A stretch of DNA of 64,000 nucleotides from an uncultured Clostridia bacterium (GTDB lineage Bacteria > Bacillota > Clostridia > TANB77 > CAG-508), in NCBI GenBank assembly GCA_944387525.1, contig CALXFF010000002.1:8954-72953 (forward strand), in the 5' to 3' direction. Below the pieces are notes generated by a model. The model was not told the origin of the DNA. It did not search any database and saw nothing but the letters and a program-made list of their open reading frames with translations. Positions within the stretch are counted from its first letter, which is position 1. The number at the start of each line of letters is the position of its first letter. This document shows, piece by piece, positions 60,098 to 64,000 of the stretch. The position numbers and the translations under genes are program-made.

Positions 60098-60799
60098 TTA
60101 TTCCCCAACGTTTTCTATCTTGTAGCCAATCCCCCAAATAACCTTCAAATATCTAGGTTCTTTTGGATTTATCTCAATCTTTTCTCTGATGTGTCTTATA
60201 TGTACTGCTATAATATTTTCTGCTCCATAGCTTTCTTCATTCCAAACATTTTCATATATTTGTGGAATAGAATACACCTTTCCTTTGTTTTTTAATAAGA
60301 ATTTCAATATATTAAACTCTGTTGCTGTTAATTTTACTTCTTTTCCATCTACTGTAACTTTTTTAGTTTCATCATCAAGTATTAATTCTCCTGTTCTATA
60401 TATATGTTTATTATCCTTTTTCTCCATCGCTCCTAGTGATACATAACGTCTTATTTGTGAATTTACTCTTGCAATTAGTTCTAATGGATTAAATGGTTTT
60501 GTTATATAATCATCTGCTCCTTGATTTAATCCTCCTATTTTGTCATAATCTTCAGATTTTGCTGATAAGAGAATTACTGGAATAGATTTATCTTTTCTTA
60601 ATTCTTCTAATGTCGCTAATCCATCTTTTTCTGGCATCATGATGTCTAGAATTATTAGATGTATTTCATTTTCCTTTACTTTTTCTAATGCTTCATTTCC
60701 ATTGTAGGCTTTTATTATGTTATATCCTTCCTTTTTTAAATAGATTTCAATTGCTCCTACTATTTCTCTATCATCATCAACAACTAAAATATTGTACAT
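60098..60799 (-). CDS. OmpR-family response regulator
   Basis: Receiver Asp (LIILDIMMP) and a winged-helix C-terminal domain. Confidence 0.85.
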   Translation of the reverse strand: MYNILVVDDDREIVGAIEIYLKKEGYNIIKAYNGNEALEKVKENEIHLIILDIMMPEKDGLATLEELRKDKSIPVILLSAKSEDYDKIGGLNQGADDYITKPFNPLELIARVNSQIRRYVSLGAMEKKDNKHIYRTGELILDDETKKVTVDGKEVKLTATEFNILKFLLKNKGKVYSIPQIYENVWNEESYGAENIIAVHIRHIREKIEINPKEPRYLKVIWGIGYKIENVGE

Positions 60800-60897
60800 T
60801 TTAATTTTCCCCTTTCAATCTATCTTCATGTTCTAGCAATAGTATACCACAAATATTATGAAGAAAAAATAGAGGAAAAATTAATTTTTCCTTAATG

Positions 60898-60968
60898 TCG
60901 CAATGGGGACGTTTCTCATGCGACATTATATAAAAAAATGTCGCATGAGAAACGTCCCCATTGCGACA
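60898..60968. terminator. 30-bp perfect palindrome (gtcgcaatggggacgtttctcatgcgacat / atgtcgcatgagaaacgtccccattgcgac) with an 11-nt AT loop, directly after the clpX stop; GGGAC-family module 4
   Basis: Read directly, followed by TTTTTT on the plus strand. One arm recurs at 24171. Confidence 0.8.
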
Positions 60969-60973
60969 CTTTT

Positions 60974-62290
60974 TTATGCTGCAGGTGTTTGTCTTTTCTT
61001 TTTACCTGTAGGCTTATCACTATTTTCTTCTTTGTTTTTATTTTCATTTATAACTAATTCTGGTCCTTTGTTGTCCAAAATTGTTTCTTTTGTTATAATA
61101 CATTTTTCTATATCAGGATTAGATGGTATTTCAAACATGATGTCTCTCATTCTTTCTTCAATTATTGAACGAAGGCCTCTTGCTCCTGTTTTTCTTTCAA
61201 TTGCTTTATCAACAATTGCTTCTAAGGCTTCTTGTTCAAATACTAATTCTACTCCATCTATTTCAAATAGTTTTTGATATTGTTTTACCAATGAATTTTT
61301 AGGTTCTACCAATATTTGTATTAAAGCATTTCTGTCTAAATCTTTTAGTGTTGCTACTATTGGCAATCTTCCTATAAATTCTGGTATTAATCCGAATTTT
61401 AATAAGTCTTGTGGTAATAACTCTTGGAATATTTCATATTTATTGATTTCTTTTTGGCTTTTTATTTGTGTTCCAAATCCTATTGCTTTTTCACCAGTTC
61501 TGTCTTTTATGATGTTTTCAAGTCCTTCAAAAGCTCCACCACATATTATTAAAATGTTTTCTGTATTTATTTGTATTAGTTCTTGGTTTGGATGTTTTCT
61601 TCCTCCTTGTGGTGGTACTGATGCTATTGTTCCTTCTATTATTTTTAGTAATGCTTGTTGTACTCCTTCACCACTTACATCTCTAGTTATTGATGGATTT
61701 TCTGATTTTCTTGTTATTTTGTCTATTTCATCAATATATATAATTCCTTTTTCTGCTTTTTGAATATCTCCATCTGCTGCTTGTATTAATTTTAATAAAA
61801 TGTTTTCAACATCTTCTCCAACATATCCTGCTTCTGTTAATGTTGTTGCATCTGCTATTGCAAATGGTACATTTAATATTTTTGCTAATGTTCTTGCTAA
61901 AAGTGTTTTTCCACAACCAGTTGGTCCTAATAATAGAATATTACTTTTTTGTATTTCTACATCATCTTTATTTTGCACTTCTTCATGTGCTATTCTTTTA
62001 TAATGATTGTATACTGCTACTGATAATGTTTTTTTAGCTTCTTCTTGACCAATTACATAGTCATCTAATACTGCTTTTATTTCTTTAGGACTTGGTATAT
62101 CATTTAATTCGTTTAAACTGTATCCCGCTTTTTCATCTTCATATAATTCTGCTTCTATTATACTATTGCAAAGCTCTACACATTCATCACAGATATATAC
62201 TCCTGGTCCTGCTACTATTTTCCTTACATTTTCTTGTGATTTACCACAAAATGAACATCTTACACTTTTAGGTGCGTTATTTTTTGCCAT
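60974..62290 (-). CDS. clpX: ATP-dependent Clp protease ATP-binding subunit ClpX
   Basis: N-terminal zinc finger CSFCGK...CDEC. Walker A GPTGCGKT. Confidence 0.95.
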   Translation of the reverse strand: MAKNNAPKSVRCSFCGKSQENVRKIVAGPGVYICDECVELCNSIIEAELYEDEKAGYSLNELNDIPSPKEIKAVLDDYVIGQEEAKKTLSVAVYNHYKRIAHEEVQNKDDVEIQKSNILLLGPTGCGKTLLARTLAKILNVPFAIADATTLTEAGYVGEDVENILLKLIQAADGDIQKAEKGIIYIDEIDKITRKSENPSITRDVSGEGVQQALLKIIEGTIASVPPQGGRKHPNQELIQINTENILIICGGAFEGLENIIKDRTGEKAIGFGTQIKSQKEINKYEIFQELLPQDLLKFGLIPEFIGRLPIVATLKDLDRNALIQILVEPKNSLVKQYQKLFEIDGVELVFEQEALEAIVDKAIERKTGARGLRSIIEERMRDIMFEIPSNPDIEKCIITKETILDNKGPELVINENKNKEENSDKPTGKKKRQTPAA

Positions 62291-62306
62291 ACATCATTCT
62301 CCTTAT

Positions 62307-62912
62307 CTACTTTCTTTTGTCCATAATTCCGTCTATTAATCCATATTTTAATGCTTCTTCAGCTGTCATGTAATTATCTCTTTCAGTGTCTTTTTGGATT
62401 GTTTCAACAGTTTGGCCTGTTCTTTCACTTAAGAATTTATTTAATTTTTCTCTTGTCTTAACTAAGTGGTCTGCATGTATTTTGATTTCTGTTGCTTGAC
62501 CTGAAAGTCCGCCACCACCGATTAATGGTTGGTGAATTAAGATTTCTGCATTTGGTGTTGCAAATCTTTTTCCTTTTTCTCCAGCTGCAAGTAATGCTGC
62601 GCCCATACTTGCTGCCATTCCAATACAGATTGTTGATACTGGGCATTTGATATAATTCATTGTATCTATTATACCCATTCCATCTGTTATTGATCCACCT
62701 GGTGAATTTATATATAAATTGATATCTTTATCTGGGTCTTCTGATTCTAAGAATAATAATTGTGCAATTACTAAACTTGCTGTTGTTGCATTTACATCTT
62801 CTCCTAAAAATATTATTCTATCTTTTAATAATCTTGAGAAAATATCGTATGATCTTTCTCCTTTGCTTGTTTGTTCGATTACATATGGTACTAAACTATT
62901 TTTTTCTAACAT
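62307..62912 (-). CDS. clpP: ATP-dependent Clp protease proteolytic subunit ClpP
   Basis: Catalytic Ser motif GMAASMGA and His. 201 aa. Confidence 0.95.
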   Translation of the reverse strand: MLEKNSLVPYVIEQTSKGERSYDIFSRLLKDRIIFLGEDVNATTASLVIAQLLFLESEDPDKDINLYINSPGGSITDGMGIIDTMNYIKCPVSTICIGMAASMGAALLAAGEKGKRFATPNAEILIHQPLIGGGGLSGQATEIKIHADHLVKTREKLNKFLSERTGQTVETIQKDTERDNYMTAEEALKYGLIDGIMDKRK

Positions 62913-63108
62913 AATTCTATTCCTCCTTGTTTTCCTTTATTAATTATATACCATTATTTTGAAATATAAACAATAGTTTTTGATTTTTTTATTAAATTTT
63001 ATAAACATTCGCCTTGCTATTGTATTTTATATATAAGTTTAATATAAATAATAAGTAACAAAAAATGCTAAAAGCTAGGATAATTATTCACCCCAGCTTT
63101 TACTTATA

Positions 63109-64000
63109 TTATTTCATTTTTGCGTTTTTTACTAAAAATTCTATTGCTTTTTGTGATGTTAATCCATCTTTGATGTAATTTCTTACATTTTCATTTTTCA
63201 TGAATTCTTCATCATTTTCTTTTCCATAATTTTTAGCCATTTCTTTCATTTTTTCGTCAACTTCTTCTTCTGTTGCTTCTATTTTTTCAGCTTTTATTAC
63301 TGCCTCTAAAGCTAAACGTGATTTAATACTATCTATTGCTTGAGGTTCATATTCTTTTCTCATTTCTTCAGTAGTTTTACCCATCATTTGAAGATATTGT
63401 TCTAATTTTAATCCTTGATATGATAATCTTTGTTCAATATCTTTTATCATGTTATCTACTTCAGTTTCAATCATTCCTGATGGAATATCTACTTTTACAT
63501 TTTCACAAACAGCTTTTATTACTGCATCTTCAGTTTCATATTTTGCTTTGTCATCATTTTGTTTTTGTTGTTTTTTCTTTATATCTTCTTTTAATTCTTT
63601 TAATGTGTCAAATTCGCTTACATCTTTTGCAAATTCGTCATCTAATTTTGGTAATTCTTTTTTCTTTATTTCATGTAATTTAACTTTAAATGTTGCATCT
63701 TTTCCAGCTAATTCTTTTGAAAAGTATTCTTCTGGGAATTTAACATTTATATCTTTTTCTTCGTCAATTTTCATTCCAATTATTTGGTCTTCAAATCCTG
63801 GTATAAATGTGTTACTTCCTATTTCTAATTCATGTCCTTCTGCTTTTCCACCATCAAATGCTTTTCCATCAACAAATCCTTCAAAGTCAATTGTTACGAT
63901 GTCTCCACTTTCTACTGGTCTATCTTCTACTGTAATCATTCTTGCATTGTGTTCTTGCATATGTCCCAATTCATGTTCTATATCTTCATCTGTTACTTTG
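63109..64000 (-). CDS. tig: Trigger factor (C-terminal ~290 aa; N-terminus lies beyond the window end)
   Basis: FKBP-type PPIase and C-terminal domain sequence. Conserved tig-clpP-clpX synteny. Confidence 0.85.
   Translation of the reverse strand, partial: KVTDEDIEHELGHMQEHNARMITVEDRPVESGDIVTIDFEGFVDGKAFDGGKAEGHELEIGSNTFIPGFEDQIIGMKIDEEKDINVKFPEEYFSKELAGKDATFKVKLHEIKKKELPKLDDEFAKDVSEFDTLKELKEDIKKKQQKQNDDKAKYETEDAVIKAVCENVKVDIPSGMIETEVDNMIKDIEQRLSYQGLKLEQYLQMMGKTTEEMRKEYEPQAIDSIKSRLALEAVIKAEKIEATEEEVDEKMKEMAKNYGKENDEEFMKNENVRNYIKDGLTSQKAIEFLVKNAKMK

Overview
The window is 64 kb from an AT-rich (~27% GC) strict anaerobe of the Firmicutes type. No tRNA or rRNA genes were seen. Conserved genes are largely encoded on the minus strand.

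Genes identified, in order:
- two tandem beta-CASP metallo-beta-lactamase (MBL) paralogs, lysC, and prfB (with its classical +1 programmed frameshift)
- secA and a purine-related divergent pair (guaA facing an ITPase / NADAR / PRTase operon)
- murD and a trimeric [FeFe]-hydrogenase (hydC, hydB, hydA)
- a pyr operon with two extra inserted ORFs
- murT-gatD, nrdD divergent from a Crp/Fnr regulator, argS, galE, cysS, and a class A PBP
- the rimP-nusA-ylxR-ylxQ-infB-rbfA-nrnA-truB ribosome-biogenesis operon, in which truB looks frameshifted
- a GT2 glycosyltransferase, a methyltransferase, a radical SAM protein, a two-component system, and clpX-clpP-tig.

Two things stand out.

1. An ~0.8 kb insert sits between secA and prfB, which are normally adjacent. 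It reads as a type III toxin-antitoxin module. On the minus strand: a near-consensus sigma-A promoter; two tandem 49-nt repeats carrying a compensatory base-pair change (candidate ToxI-like antitoxin RNA); a weak terminator hairpin; an RBS; and a 178-aa ToxN/AbiQ-like ORF.

2. A dense family of GGGGAC-containing palindromic intergenic repeats (REP/MITE-like) occurs at at least 12 loci. They are built from recurring modules and wedged between operon genes. Several overlap the 3' ends of genes, so that the repeat supplies the stop codon or the last residues (for example LGTC* in two unrelated proteins).

Smaller items:
- a cytidylate-kinase-like P-loop fused to a ParB/Srx domain
- twin palindromic operators in the nrdD / Crp-Fnr divergent region
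- a coiled-coil protein built from five 42-nt in-frame tandem repeats
- an IR-flanked GC-rich element upstream of the proline-rich ORF at 17776..18381 (downstream of murD)
- an Asn-rich micro-ORF
- possible frameshifts in truB and in a Pro-rich protein.
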